DNA of 64,000 nucleotides, from the NCBI GenBank assembly GCA_964187785.1, contig OZ076409.1:73596001-73660000 (forward strand), in the 5' to 3' direction. This document shows positions 11,593 through 25,872 of the stretch, one piece after another (the first letter of the stretch is position 1; each line of letters begins with the position of its first letter). A program made the position numbers and the translations under genes. This stretch comes from Amphiscolops sp. MND2022 (Eukaryota). The notes under the pieces are model-generated. The model was not told where the DNA came from. It worked only from the letters and a program-made list of their open reading frames with translations, and made no database searches.

Positions 11593-14367
11593 GTGGATGG
11601 GGCGGTCCCCAGAACGCACAAGGAGGCGCGGGGAGGGTCCTGCGCCGACGTAGAATAATTTCATATAATACTAGTATCCTACATGGGTGTTTTAGAAGCG
11701 ATTTTGGAATCTAACCGTAGGATTTGGATAATTTTTTGCATGCGGCCATAACTCGAAATTCTAAGAACTTTTTCCTACTGCCATTTTCCCCGCAAATTGT
11801 TTTTTGTTGACTTATGGCCAAAAAACCGGAAATAACGTCCTTTTTAGACGTTATATCCGAAGTGTCGTCATAACTTTTTTCCAGGGCTTGCTAGCGTTCT
11901 CGTTCACTTTTACACTTAGTTGCAGCATCTCAAAATACAACCGGTGGAAAATTTTGGTTGCTTTTGGATCACCCCCCACCGAGATAGAAGGGTTCCCCCC
12001 TCCAGTTTTACCCCCCAAATTTGCAAAAAAGCCAATTTTGAGCATGAAGCCGAGGATTTAGCGTACCCGCACCCTAATGATGTTTTGTTGCACGTGTTAG
12101 GGTCAATCTGACGTCATGTGTGGTTTTCACCCCCAACCCCCCCTGGGACCGGAAATGACACTTTTTTGTGTTTTTTGGCAGAATTTAGCCTTTTTCATTA
12201 TTAGGCAGTCGTTTTAGGGACTCCTAGCAGGATATCGAAATTGAAATACAACCTGATCACAACCCAGTGACAACATGTTGGCCACTTGGAGGTATCATCA
12301 TGACCGGAAGTGGGGTCAACCCCCCTTTTTGTGACCGCTTCTTGACCTTGTGCACCAAAATGCCAACAACTTGAGGCCTAACGAGGCATTCAAATCTGTA
12401 CAAAGATAGAATGTTAGACAACTGAAGTCCCGGAAGATCTTAGCATATATCGGAAGTTACCCCCCATGACCGGAAGATACCCAATGGGACCGGAAATGGT
12501 CCAAAAATTAATGTAAAATTGAATTTTTTACTATTTCAAGACCACTTCATTGAACATTTTCATTCCCAAAACTAGCGTACTGGCTAGCTTTGCTGAATTT
12601 ATGGAAATTGATGAGCTCTATCACCCCCGATAGCCTTCGAAGTTGACCTTGCGTCAACTTTGGAGGCTATCGATTCTGAAAATGAACAACAGAGTACATT
12701 GTTGCTCTCGTTTTTTTCCGTTGTTTTTCCTCAAACATTCTTGAGACATATACATGGCCGTTAGTTGAAATCAATATTTAGCCCATGTTATAGCTGGAGC
12801 AGCGAAGCGTTACACAGGCTAGTGTGGTTTTGAAATTACATTATTTAAATTAACAAATGACCGTCTTAGTCAACTCCACACATTCATACCAACGCCCACC
12901 GTCTGTGGGCATGCCGAGGCATGCCCTTCGACGACGTATGACGAATCCACTCCAACGACACCCGCAGTCCTCAGCTAGGTGGTTGGGGCGGTCCCCAGAA
13001 CGCACAAGGAGGCGCGGGGAGGGTCCTGCGCCGACGTAGAATAATTTCATATAATACTAGTATCCTACATGGGTGTTTTAGAAGCGATTTTGGAATCTAA
13101 CCGTAGGATTTGGATAATTTTTTGCATGCGGCCATAACTCGAAATTCTAAGAACTTTTTCCTACTGTCATTTTCCCCGCAAAATGTTTTTTGTTGACTTA
13201 TGGCCGAAAAACCGGAAATAACGTCCTTTTTAGACGTTATATCCGAAGTGTCGTCATAACTTTTTTCCAGGGCATGCTAGCGTTCTCGTTCACTTTTACA
13301 CTTAGTTGCAGCATCTCAAAATACAACTGGTGGAAAATTTTGATTGCATTCGGATCACCCCCCACAGAGATAGAAGGGTTCCCCCCTCCAGTTTTACCCC
13401 CCAAATTTGCGAAAAAGCCAATTTTGAGCATGAAGCCGAGGATTTAGCGTACCCGCACCCTCCTGATGTTTTGTTGTACGTATTGGGGTCAATCGGACGA
13501 CATGTGTGGTTTTCACCCCCAACCCCCCCTGGGACCGGAAATGACAATTTTTTGTGTTTTTTGGCAGAAATTAGCCTTTTTCATTATTTGGCAGTCGTTT
13601 TAGGGACTCCTAGCAGGATATCGAAATTGAAATACAACCTGATCACAACCCAGTGTCAACATATTGGCCATTTGGAGGTACCATCATGACCGGAAGTGGG
13701 GTCAACCCCCCTTTTTGTGACCGCTTTTTGACCTTGTGAACCAAAATGTCAACAACTGGAGGCCTAATGACGCATTCAAATCTGTACAAAGATAGAATGT
13801 TAGACAACCAAAGTCCCGGAAGATCTTTAGCATATACCGGCATTTACCCCCCATGACCGGAAGTTACCCAATGTGACCGGAAATGGTCCAAAAATTAATG
13901 TAAAGTTGATTTTTTTTACTATTTCAAGACCACTTGATTGAACATTTTCATTCCCAAAACTAGCGTACTGGCTTGTTTTGCTGAATTTATGGAAATTGAT
14001 GAGCTCTATCACCCCCGATAGCCTTCGAAGTTGACCTTGCGTCAACTTTGGAGGCTATCGATTCTGAAAATGAACAACAAAGTACATTGTTGCTCTCGGT
14101 TTTTTCCCGTTGTTTTTCCTCAAACATTCTTGAGACATATACATGGCCGTTAGTTGAAATCAATATTTAGCCCATGTTATAGCTGGAGCAGCGAAGCGTT
14201 ACACAGACTAGTGTGGTTTTGAAATTACATTATTTAAATTAACAACTGACCGTCTTAGTCAACTCCACACATTCATACCAACGCCCACCGTCTGTGGGCA
14301 TGCCGAGGCATGCCGTTCGACGACGTATGACGAGTCCACTCCAACGACACCCGCAGTCCTCAGCTAG
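11593..14367 (+). mobile_element. Two non-autonomous units, subfamily B (11593-12978, 12979-14367)
   Basis: Copies of 4422-5810. Confidence 0.85.
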
Positions 14368-15642
14368 GTGGTTAAGGGCGTCCCCTTACCTCTGTCGCCG
14401 GCGCGGGGAGGGTCCTGTGCCGGCGCCCCTTGTAGAAAATATACGTAAAGGATGGAAAAATATAAATGCGATTTTTTAAACTAACCGTTGGATTCGGCTA
14501 ATTTTTTGCATGCAGCCTCCTTGGACCAATATAAGAACAAACTCCTACTGGCGTTTTTCTGGGAAAATTTTTTTTGTTGACTTATAGACAATTTTAGGGT
14601 CAAAAAATGGCCTTTTTTTCAATTTTTTGCATTTTTTCGCTTTTTTTCGCAAAAAAGTGTAACTTCGTCCACACAACTAGTATTGCAAGTGGCTGCATGC
14701 GGAAAGCCAATGAACAGACGAGAAAAATGAGCTATAGAACGCTCGTCTACGACAACCTGACGTTGACTTATGGTAATTTGAGTAATCGCATTTTTTTGTT
14801 TTTGCCTCGAATTTGGTACTTAGTGACCCATATCTCACTACACAGTTGTCTGAGCAAGATCATTTATATTAACGTTTTTGTTGTCCATCAATAGTGCAAC
14901 AACTGATCATGAGTAAAATTTTCTGTCAGACAACGTTGAAAAAAGATATTGGTGATTTTACACCCAGAAAAACGGTGTTTCAAATTTTTTTTTCAACTTC
15001 AGGCCTCCCAAAGTCAAGAAACTTCCACACAACTAGTATTGCAAGTGAATGCATGTGGAAAGTGCTCGAATAGACGAGAAAAATGAGCTATTATAAAACT
15101 CTGTAGCTCAACCTGACGTTGACTTATGATAATTTTAGTGTGAGCTTGCTATGTGTGAAAAAATTCAAAAATTGAAAACGGAAGCTAAGTCTCATCCAAA
15201 TTTCATCGGAATACGTTCAATCCAAGCCAGAGCGGTTTGTTCCCAGTTGTAGAGTGCAGCAACACCATTCAAGATTATTTGACCCATTTTAATAGGTTTT
15301 TGACTCTGTCTTATCCATCCGAAAGTTCGAAACAGTTGAGTACATTCCATCTCCCCTCCGTGGGAGATGGCAATGTACTCGCAAAAAGCCAAGTACTATT
15401 CCCCTTTTTATACCTGCACTGGCCCTAGAAATACAGTAGCGTGAGCTCCAGGTGGTTTGCAGTAGTCTTAACGTGTGTTGTAACTTTGCTACAAATCTAA
15501 CTATGTTACTAAACATGAAAAAATTGTTTCAATCCAAATTTTTTTCCAATCATTATATGTCATCAATATACATATATCCATCCATTTACTACTACCTACC
15601 CCATCACCCGCCCCTCGCATCCCTTCATGGTGCAGCCTCTGG
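14368..15642 (+). mobile_element. Non-autonomous unit D (own 5' half, F-type 3' half, CTGG end)
   Basis: 5' hairpin CCGGCGCGGG-GAGGGT-CCTGTGCCGG. Matches F-type sequence from ~14985. No 3' palindromic box. Confidence 0.8.
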
Positions 15643-18189
15643 GTGGTCGGTATTCTTTACTACCTCATGCTCTGAGGGCGGGGTAGGGCCCCTCGCCCGA
15701 TCCTAATCCTTAGGATTTTAAACATAAGGCCAATAATCCAGATAATGGCGATCTCGAAAACTAACCTTACGATTTGGCTGAAATTTTGCATGCGGCTCCC
15801 TATGACAGATATAAGAACAAATCCCTGGTGGCATTTTGCTGGGAAAATTCAGTTTTTGGGTCAAAATTACTATTTTAGGTCCAAAAAATGGCGTTTTTTC
15901 GGAAAATTTTTTTTCAAGAGCCAATATCTCGCCCCCAGGTGCTCGGAGCGGGTCGCATGTGGACGTTGATATTGTTGGGCACTTCGTAAGGAGTCCGTAG
16001 ACAAATTTTGGTTCAGATCGGATGAAAATTGACTGAGTAATAGAAAACTTTCAAAGTGATTTTGACGACATTTTTCGAAAACCTAGTCTATCTCTGCCGT
16101 TTTTTGCCCAGATTTTTTTCCAGGACCTCTCCTAAAGGCCTCCCCTGGCCGGTTTACCTCCCAGAAAAACCATTTGGCCCGTTTGCCGCAGTTTCAGCGT
16201 TCCAGGATTCCCCGGGTAAAAGTAAAATGACTTAGAATTTTTTCGAAAAATTTTCAAAATTTTTTTTTCAACTTCAGGCCTCCCAAAGTCAAGAAACGTC
16301 CACACAACTAGTATTGCAAGTGAATGCTTGTGGAAAGTGCTCGAATAGACGAGAAAAATGAGCTATTATAAACCTCTGTAGCTCAACCTGACGTTGACTT
16401 ATGACAATTTTAGTGTGAGCTTGCTAAGTGACAAAAAATTTCAAAAATTGAAAATCGAAGCATAGTCTCATCCAAACTCCTCGGAATACGTTCAATACAA
16501 GCCAGAGCGGAATAAATCCAGCTATATAGTGCAGCAATACCATTCAAGTTGTTTTTACTCTCCTTTTAATTTAAACTCCTTTTAATAAGTTTTGACACTG
16601 TCTTATTCATCCGAAAGTTCGAAACAGTCAAGTACATTCCATCTCCCTTTAGGGAGATGGTAATGTACTCACCAAAAACCAAGTAATATTGCCCTTTTTA
16701 TACCTGTAAAGGCCCTATAAATGCAGTAGCGTGAGCTCCAGGTCGTTTGCAGTAGCCTTCACGTGTGTTGTGACTTTGCTATAAAACTAACTATGTTACT
16801 AAAAGTGAAAAAAATTTCTCTTCAAAAAACTATTATATTTACACGTTTTGTTGTCAAATACAATTACTAAACAAATAGCGCCCCCTTGTCTACTGTTCAA
16901 CCGTGCACGTCTAGGTGCAGATCCCCTTTGGGATGCCTTAGTTTCGAGGGCGGGGTAGGGCCCCCAGCCCGAGTCCTAGTAAAAACAACGTAAGGCGATT
17001 ATAACAGTCTCCTATCGATTTTGGAAATGGCCCATACGATTTCGCTCAAATTTTGCATACGGCTTCCTCTAGCGATTCTAAGAACTTTTCCCTACTACCG
17101 TTTTGCCCGGAAAATTTTTTTTGTTGACTTATAGACAATTTTAGGTGCCGAAAATGGCGTTTTTTCGAAAAAATTTTTTTCAAGAGCCCATATCTCGCTC
17201 CCAGGTGCTCGGAGCGGGTCGCATGTGGACGTCGATATTGCTAGTCACTTCGTAAGGAGTCCGTAGACAAATTTTCGTACAGATCGGATGAAAATTGACT
17301 TAGTAATAAAAAACTTTGATTTGCATTTTTTCGAAAATTTATGAAATCCCAGTGTATCTCTGCCGTTTTTTGCCCAGATTTTTTTCCAGGACCTCTCCTA
17401 AAGGCCTCCCCTGGCCGGTTTACCTCCCAGAAAAACCATTTGGCCCTAAATACGGAGTTTCAGCGTTCCAGGATTCCCCGGGTAAAAGTAAAATGACTTA
17501 GAATTTTTTCGAAAAAATTTCAAAATTTTTTTTTCAACTTCAGGCCTCCCAAAGTCAGGAAACGTCCACACAACTAGTATTGCAAGTGAATGCATGTGGA
17601 AAGTGCTTGAATAGACGAGAAAAATGAGCTATTATAAAGTTCTGTAGCTTAACCTGACGTTGACTTATGACAATTTTAGTGTGAGCTTGCTATGTGAGAA
17701 AAATTTTCAAAAATTGAAAATCGAAGCTAAGTCTCATCCAAAACTCATCGGAATGCGTTCAATCCATCCCAAAGCGGTTTAATTCCAGCTATATAGTGCA
17801 CCAACACCATTGAAGAACATTTGATCCATATATAAAAGTTTTGACACCGTCTTATCCATTTGAAAGTTCGAAACAGTTAAGTACATTCCATCTCCCCTCC
17901 GTGGGAGATGGTAATGTACTCGCAAAAAGCCAAGTACTACCGCCCTATTCTACCCGGAGTGGTGCTAGCAATGCAGTAGCGGGAGCGCCAGGCTGTTTAC
18001 AGTAGCCTTTATGGGTGTTGTGACTATGTATTACAAATCTAACTATGTTACTGAACGTGAAAAAGTTGTTTCAATCCCAAAATTTTTTTTCAACTTTAAT
18101 ATGTCACCAATAAACATATATCCATCTTTCCTACTACAACCACCCTACCACCCGGCCCCTCGTATCTTTGTTCAACCGTACACGTCTAG
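15643..18189 (+). mobile_element. Two non-autonomous F-type units (15643-16914, 16915-18189)
   Basis: Core CCCAGGTGCTCGGAGCGGGTCGCATGTGGACG. Ends CCGTRCACGTCTAG. 15643-16914 is nearly identical to 60401-61658. Confidence 0.85.
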
Positions 18190-19458
18190 GTGGCCGTGTC
18201 TTTTCGACGTGCTTTTGCATTGAGGAGTGGGTAGGGCCCCGCGACGACCTAGAAGAATTGGATGCTCACCGAAACGTGCAGAATTCTACGAGATCTCATA
18301 GTTTGAGCCATACGATTTTGCTGAAATTTGGCATGTGGCCTGGAATTGGTGAGTAGGTAAAACGTGTAGGAGGTGATTTTTCCCAAATTCCACTGTGAGA
18401 CGAGATATGGGCAAATAACGGTCCCAAAAATGACAAAAATGCACTTTTTTCAACTTTGTCAGCCCATATCTCGTTCCCAGGTGCCCGGAGCGGGACGCGT
18501 TAAGCTGATTATAAACTCTAGGGTGTTGAGGCTGTACGGTGAACTTGGGCCCGTTCCGATCCGACTTGTAGTCTTGGAGAAATAACGGTATTTTTGGGGA
18601 ACCTTTTCTAACGGTCCAGCTTATCTTTGCCATTTTTTCGAAAATGTACTCGCCTAAAGGCCTCCCCCTGGCCGAATTTACTCCCAGCAAAACCATTTGG
18701 CCCTAAATACGGAGTTTCAGCGTTCCAGCATTCCCGGGCGAAAAGTTGTGGGACTTGGAAAATTTTCAAAAATTTTCAAAAAATTTTTTTTTCGTTTTCC
18801 GGGCCCCCAATGAAGGGGAAACGACCCCCCAACCAGTATTTTGAGTGAATTCATGTGGAAAGCCCTTGTTTTGACGAGAAAAATACCGTTTAGAACATCT
18901 TTTTATCTTGACTCAACGTTGACTTATGACGTTTTGAATGTGATGTAAGGATGTAGGAGGCATGTGATAAGTTGATGTTTTGAGTCTTTATCTCATATGA
19001 AAGCGGTTGAGATGCAAGCTGTCCTGCTCAAAACGTCTTTCGTTGTAATTTTCCAGTGCACCAATACCCTTTGGTGTCATATAAACATACTTTTTGTCGA
19101 TATATTAACAATTTTAATGTATTTATTCCAATTTTTATTATCTTATAACTCAAAACAGTTGAGTACATTTCATCTCCCTTTCGGGGGAGATGAGAATGTA
19201 CTCGCTAAAGACCTAGCGCCATGACCAAAAATTTGAAACCCACGTTTTTTATCTTCTTACAGACTTGTTTTTGTATTTTTTCGGAATTTTTTAAAAATTA
19301 ATATACTTGAAATACATTACTTGACTTTACTACTACAACCCACCTCCAACGACAACGCCCCCCTGCTTGCATCAACGCCCACCGTCCGTGGGCATGCCGA
19401 GGCATGCCCTTCGACGACGTATGCCAAATGCCCAGTGCCACGCAGTCATTATCGCTAG
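18190..19458 (+). mobile_element. Non-autonomous unit, subfamily G
   Basis: Same family as 30465-31736 and 31737-33005. Confidence 0.85.
19161..19203. other. Long subterminal hairpin, class II (example copy)
   Basis: GAGTACATT-Y-CATCTCCC-loop-GGGAGATG-AG-AATGTACTC, seen in C, D, F, G, H, I, K and L units. Confidence 0.85.
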
Positions 19459-22400
19459 GTGCCGGGATTTCTATTCGATAAAGTATGTGGCGCGTGTGGG
19501 TAGGGTCCCTGGCGCGCTCTTGTGTTTGGGGGTTTCCTACTTCTAAATCACGTTCAGATTTCCGGGATCTCGTAAACTATCCATACGATTTGGCTGAAAT
19601 TTGGCACACGTACCCCCCTCGGCACGGTGAAGATGATTTCCTACTGACGTTTTTCCCGCTAAACATTTTTTGTTGACCAAAATAACGGTTTTTGGTGGAA
19701 AATTTTTGATTTTTTTTAAATTTTATCTTATATCTCGCCACGGGTCCACGCTAGCGCTTCCAAACCTTGCTGACGAAACCTCGCAAACTGTCTCAGGAAT
19801 GCTGTGTGAAATTTTCAGCTCAATCGGACTCGAACTCGGGGAGATATAGCGTTTTTCCGGAGCGGGGGGGTTTCATTTTTCTAACGGTCCAGCTTATCTT
19901 TGCCATTTTTTCGAAAATGCACTCGCCTAAAGGCCTCCCCTGGCCGGTTTTACTCCCAAAAAAACCATTTGGCCCTAAATACGGAGTTTCAGCGTTCTAG
20001 CATTCCGGGGCGAAAAGTTGTGGTACTTAGTAAATTTCAAAAATTTTCAAAAATTTTTTTTTCGTTATTTGGGCCCCCAAAGTGGGGGAAAAGACCCCCC
20101 AACCAGTAATTTGAGTGAATTCATGTGGAAAGGCCATGTTTAGCGGCGAAAAATGCTTTTTAGATCGTCTTTTTATTTTAACCTGTTGTTGACTTATGTT
20201 GTTTTGAAGGTGATGTTTGGATGTGTGAAGCATGTGAAAAGGTAATTTTTTGTGTCTTTATCTCTTCTAAAAGCCATTGAGATGCAATCTGTTTTGCTCA
20301 AAACGTAATTCAATGCAATTTGGCAGTCAATGAACACAATTTGGTGTCTTTTGTTATATTTTTCTGTTGATATAATAAAAAATTTTGTGTCTTTATTAAT
20401 TTTTTTTAAATAAAATAACTTGAAACAGTTGAGTACATTCCATCCCCCCTTCCGGGGGAGATGGAAATGTACTCGCTAAAAGCCGCGAACAAGAGCCCAT
20501 ACCTTCCTGCGCTACGCAGTATAAAGATTGCATGTTGGTTCCGACTTTTTGGTAGTGTTATATCTTGGTAATTTGACTGAATATGGAGAAAAATCAGCAA
20601 GTGCTCTTTTATAGCAAATTGCTGACAACGACAATTTTTTTATATCAACGCCCCCATATTTATCAACGCCCCCCGTCCGTGGGCATGCCGAGGCATGCCC
20701 TTCGACGACGTATACCAAAATATGCGTTAGCGCGGTAGCCGCTAGGTGGCCGGAAATTTTTTTTTTCAGCAAAATCTTTGCCATTGGGGGAGGGGCCCCG
20801 GATGGCCAGTAGTACGGGATAGCTTCCTACCAAATCCAGATGGAAAAAACGTGATTTTGGAAACTAGCCGTCAGAATTTGCTCAAATTTTGCATACGGCT
20901 TCCTATGACAATCCTAAGAACTAATCCCTACTGGCATTTTGCCCAAAAAACGCAAAAAGTTGGTTAAAATCTTAGTTTTTTGGTCAAAAAATGGCGTTTT
21001 TTCGAAAAATTTTTTTTTTCAGAGACAATTACTCGTAACTGGTTCACCCAGCGCAATAACGTCTAGCTGATTTATTGTTGGGCACTTCATGAGGAGTGCG
21101 TATACAAATTTTCGTCCAAATCGGATAAAAGTTGATTGAGAAATAATTGAAATTTTGAGGCATTTTTTTGGAATTTTTTGAAATCCCAGTCTATCTCTGC
21201 CGTTTTTTGCCCAGATTTTTTTCCAGACACTTTCCTAAAGACCTCCCCTGGCCGGTTTACCTCCCAGCAAAACCATTTGGCCCTAAATACGGAGTTTCAG
21301 CATTCCAGCAAACCCCGGGTAAAAGATAAATGACTTAGAATTTTTTCGAAAATTTTTCAAATTTTTTTTTTTCAAATTCAGGCCTCCTAAAGTCAGGAAA
21401 CTTCCACACAACTAGGATTGCAAGTGATAGCATGTGGAAAGTGCTTGAATAGACGAGAAAAAGGAGCTATTATACGACTCTGTAGCTTAACCTGACGTTG
21501 ACTTATGATAAATTTAGTGTGAGCTTCGTATGTGCTGAAAAAATCAAAGAAACCTAAAAGTCTTTTAAAAGTAATCAGAATACGTCCAATGAACCACAGA
21601 GCTGTTAAATTGCCGTTGTGCAGTGGAGCAACACCATTTAGAGTGTTTTGACCCATTTTGATAAGTTTTGATACCGTCTTGTTCATCTGATAGCACAAAA
21701 CAGTTGAGTACATTCCATCTCCCCCCTTGTGGGGGAGATGAGAATGTACTCGCTAAAAGTCAGGTACTATAGCACCCATTTTGTTTTATTCGACGCTAGT
21801 GATGCTATTGCACACGAATACAATAGTTTTGTGAAATCATGTTTAACATGATGAATCTTACTATACCTTTGGTGTACGTTAACCTACTACTACAACATCG
21901 CATCCGTAACGTCAACGCCACATACTCGCATCAACGCCCACCGTCCGTGGGCATGCCGAGGCATGCCCTTCGACGACGTATGCCAAATAGCGCCACAGGG
22001 CGCAAACTTGTCCGCTAGGTGCCGGGATTTCCATTCGATAAGGAATTCTGCGCGTGTGGGTAGGGCCCCTGGCGCGCTCCTGTGTTTTCGGTTTTCCTAC
22101 TCCTAAATAGGCCCCCTGAATTCCGGGATCTCGTAAACTAGCCATACGATTTGGCTGAAATTTGGCACACGTACCCCCCTCGGCACGGTGAAGATGATTC
22201 CCTACTGACGTTTTGCCCGCTAAACATTTTTTGTTGACCAAAATAACGGTTTTTGGTGGAAAATTTTTGATTTTTTTTAAATTTCATCTTATATCTCGCC
22301 ACGGGTTTACGCTAGCGCTTCAAAACCTTGCTGACGAAAGTTTGCAAACTGTCTCAGGAATGCGGTGTGAAATTTTCAGCTCAATCGGACATAAACTCGA

Positions 22401-25400
22401 GGAGATATCGCGTTTTTCCGGAGCGGGGGGGTTTCATTTTTCTAACGGTCCAGCTTATCTTTGCCATTTTTTCGAAAATGCACTCGCCTAAAGGCCTCCC
22501 CTGGCCGGTTTTACTCCCAAAAAAACCATTTGGCCCTAAATACGGAGTTTCAGCGTTCTAGCATTCTCGGGCGAAAAGTTGTGGGACTTAGAAAATTTCA
22601 AAAATTTTCAAAAAAATTTTTTTTTGTTATTTGGGCCCCCAAAGTGGGGGAAAGGACCCCCCAACCATTAATTTGAGTGAAAGCATGTGCAAAGCCCTTG
22701 TATAGAGGAGAAAAATGCCGTTTAGAACATCTTTTTATCTTTACTCAACGTTGACTTATGACGTTTTGAAGGTGACCGTTAGATATGGAAAATTGATGTT
22801 TTGAGTATTTATCTCATCTGAAAGCCATTGAGATACAACATGTTTTGCTCAAAACGGGTTTCATTGCAGTTTCGCTGTTCTTTAACACCCTTTGGTGACT
22901 TTTGACATGTTTTTGCTTTTATATAAAACCAATTTTTTGTGCATTTTTTCTTTTTTTTCATCTAATATCTTGAAACAGTTGAGTACATTCCATCTCCCTT
23001 CCCGGGGGAGATGAGAATGTACTCGCTAAAAGCCAAGAACTACGGCCAATACCTTCCCGAGCTACGCACTACAATTATTGCATATGCATGCAGACCTTTT
23101 GATACATTTTTATCTTTGTAGATTGACTGGAAAAACCGAAAACTCTGTCCTGATTATACAAAGTTTCCTCACAACGACACATGTTTACGTCAACGCCCCA
23201 TAGTTCTTATCAACGCCCCCCGTCCGTGGGCATGCCGTGGCATGCCCTTCGACGACGTGCACCAAAATATATTCGAGCGCGGTAGCCGCTAGGTGCCGGG
23301 ATTTTCTATTCGACAAGTTTGCGCGCCTTGGGGAGGGTCCCTTTGCGCGCTTTAAGATCCAGGTGTTTCCAACTCCTAAACGGGCATGTGATTTCGACGA
23401 TCTCCTAAACTAGCCATACGATTTGGCTGAAATTTGGCACACGTACCCCCCTCGGCACGGTGAAGATGATTCCCTACTGACGTTTTTCCCGCTAAACATT
23501 TTTTGTTGACCAAAATAACGGTTTTTGGGGTAAATTTTTGAACTTTTTTTAAATTTCATCTTATATCTCGCCACGGGTACACGCTAGCGCTTCCAAACCT
23601 TGCTGACGAAAGTTTGCAAACTGTCTCAGGAATGCTGTGTGAAATTTTCAGCTCAATCGGACTCAAACTCGAGGAGATATAGCGTTTTTCCGGAGCGGGG
23701 GGGTTTCATTTTTCTAACGGTCCAGCTTATCTTTGCCATTTTTTCAAAAATGCACTCGCCTAAAGGCCTCCCCTGGCCGGTTTTATTCCCAGCAAAACCA
23801 TTTGGCCCTAAATACGGAGTTTCAGCGTTCCAGCATTCCTGGGCGAAAAGTTGTGGGACTTAGAAAATTTCAAAAATTTTCAAAAAAAAATTTTTTCCGT
23901 TATTTGGGCCCCCAAAGTGGGGGAAAAGACCCCCCAACCAGTAAAGCAAGTGAATGCATGTGGAAAGCCCTTGTTTAGACAAGAAAAATGGCGTTTAGAA
24001 CGTCTTTTTATCTTGGCTCAACGTTGACTTATGACGTTTTGAAGGTGATGTTTGGAGGTGTAAAGCACGTGAATAGTAAACGTTATGAGTATTTATCTGA
24101 TCTGAAAGCCATTGAGATGCAATATGGTTTGCTCAAAACGTAATTCATTGCAGTTTGGCAATCAATCAACACCCTTTGTTGTCGTTTGACATATTTTTTT
24201 GTTGTTATAATAAAAAATTTTGTGTATTTATTCATTTTTTTCTCATCAAATAACTTGAAAGAGTTGAGTACATTCCATCCCCCCCTTCCGGGGGAGATGA
24301 GAATGTACTCGCAAAAAGCACCGAACTACGGCCCTTACCTTCCCGAGCTACGCAGTATAAGGATTACATATTGGTTCCGACTTTTTCATAGAGTTATATC
24401 TTGGTAATCTGTCTGGATATGCCGAAAAATCAGCACGTGCCTTTTAATACCAAGTTGCTCACAACAACAATTCTTTTATATCAACGCCCCCATATTTATC
24501 AACGCCCCCCGTCCGTGGGCATGCCGAGGCATGCCCTTCGACGACGTATACCAAGATATGCCATAACGCGTTAGCCTAGGTGCCGGTGTTTTTTTACACA
24601 AAGGGGGATGTTGCGCGTGTGGGGAGGGTCCCTGACGCGCTCCCGGGATTTCGGATTTTTTAACCTTTACGTACCCATCAAAAATTTTGGGATCTCGAAA
24701 ACTAGCCGTACGATTTGGCTGAAATTTGGCACACGTACCCCCCTCGGCACGGTGAAGATGATTCCCTACTGACGTTTTGCTCGCTAAACATTTTTTGTTG
24801 ACCAAAATAACGGTTTTTGGGGTAAAATTTTCAACTTTTTTTAAATTTCATCTTATATCTCGCCACGGGTACACGCTAGCGCTTCCAAACCTTGCTGACG
24901 AAAGTTTGCAAACTGTCTCAGGAATGCTGTGTGAAATTTTCAGCTCAATCGAACTTGAACTCGAGGAGATTTAGCGTTTTTCCGGAGCGGGGGGGTTTCA
25001 TTTTTCTAACGGTCCAGCTTATCTTTGCCATTTTTTCAAAAATGCACTCGCCTAAAGGCCTCCCCTGGCCGGTTTTATTCCCAGCAAAACCATTTGGCCC
25101 TAAATACGGAGTTTCAGCGTTCTAGCATTCCGGGGCGAAAAGTTGTGGGACTTAGAAAATTTCAAAAATTTTCAAAAAAATTTTTTTCCGTTATTTGGGC
25201 CCTCAAAGTGGGGGAAAAGACCCCCCAACCAGTAAAGCAAGTGAATGCATGTGGAAAGCCCTTGTTTAGGCGAGAAAAATGCCGTTTAGAACGTCTTTTT
25301 ATCTTGGCTCAACGTTGACTTATGACGTTTTGAAGGTGATGTTTGGAGGTGTAAAGCAAGTGAATAGTAAACGTTATGAGTATTTATCTGATCTGAAAGC

Positions 25401-25872
25401 CATTGAGATGCAATATGGTTTGCTCAAAACGTATTTCATTGCAGTTTGGCAATCAATACAACACCCTTTGTTGTCGTTTGACATACTTTTTTGTTGTTAT
25501 AACAAAAAATTTTGTGTATTTATTCATTTTTTTCTCATCAAATAACTTGGAACAGTTGAGTACATTCCATCCCCCCCTTCCGGGGGAGATGAGAATGTAC
25601 TCGCAAAAAGCACCGAACTACGGCCCTTACCTTCCCGAGCTACGCAGTATAAGGATTACATATTGGTTCCGACATTTTCATAGAGTTATATCTTGGTAAT
25701 CTGTCTGGATATGCCGAAAAATCAGCACGTGCCTTTTAATACCAAGTTGCTCACAACGACAATTATTTTATATCAACGCCCCATATTTATCAACGCCCCC
25801 CGTCCGTGGGCATGCCGAGGCATGCCCTTCGACGACTCGCACCAAAATATGCGTTAGCGCGGTAGCCGCTAG
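19459..25872 (+). mobile_element. Five non-autonomous units: H-type 19459-20745, singleton I 20746-22018, H-type 22019-23292, 23293-24579, 24580-25872
   Basis: H core CACACGTACCCCCCTCGGCACGGTGAAGATG. Each unit is 1.27-1.29 kb with the box and CTAG. Confidence 0.85.

Noticed and set aside
16559..16592. Short duplication CTCCTTTTAAT in unit 15643 relative to 60401
   Set aside because: An ordinary slippage-type indel with no sign of function.
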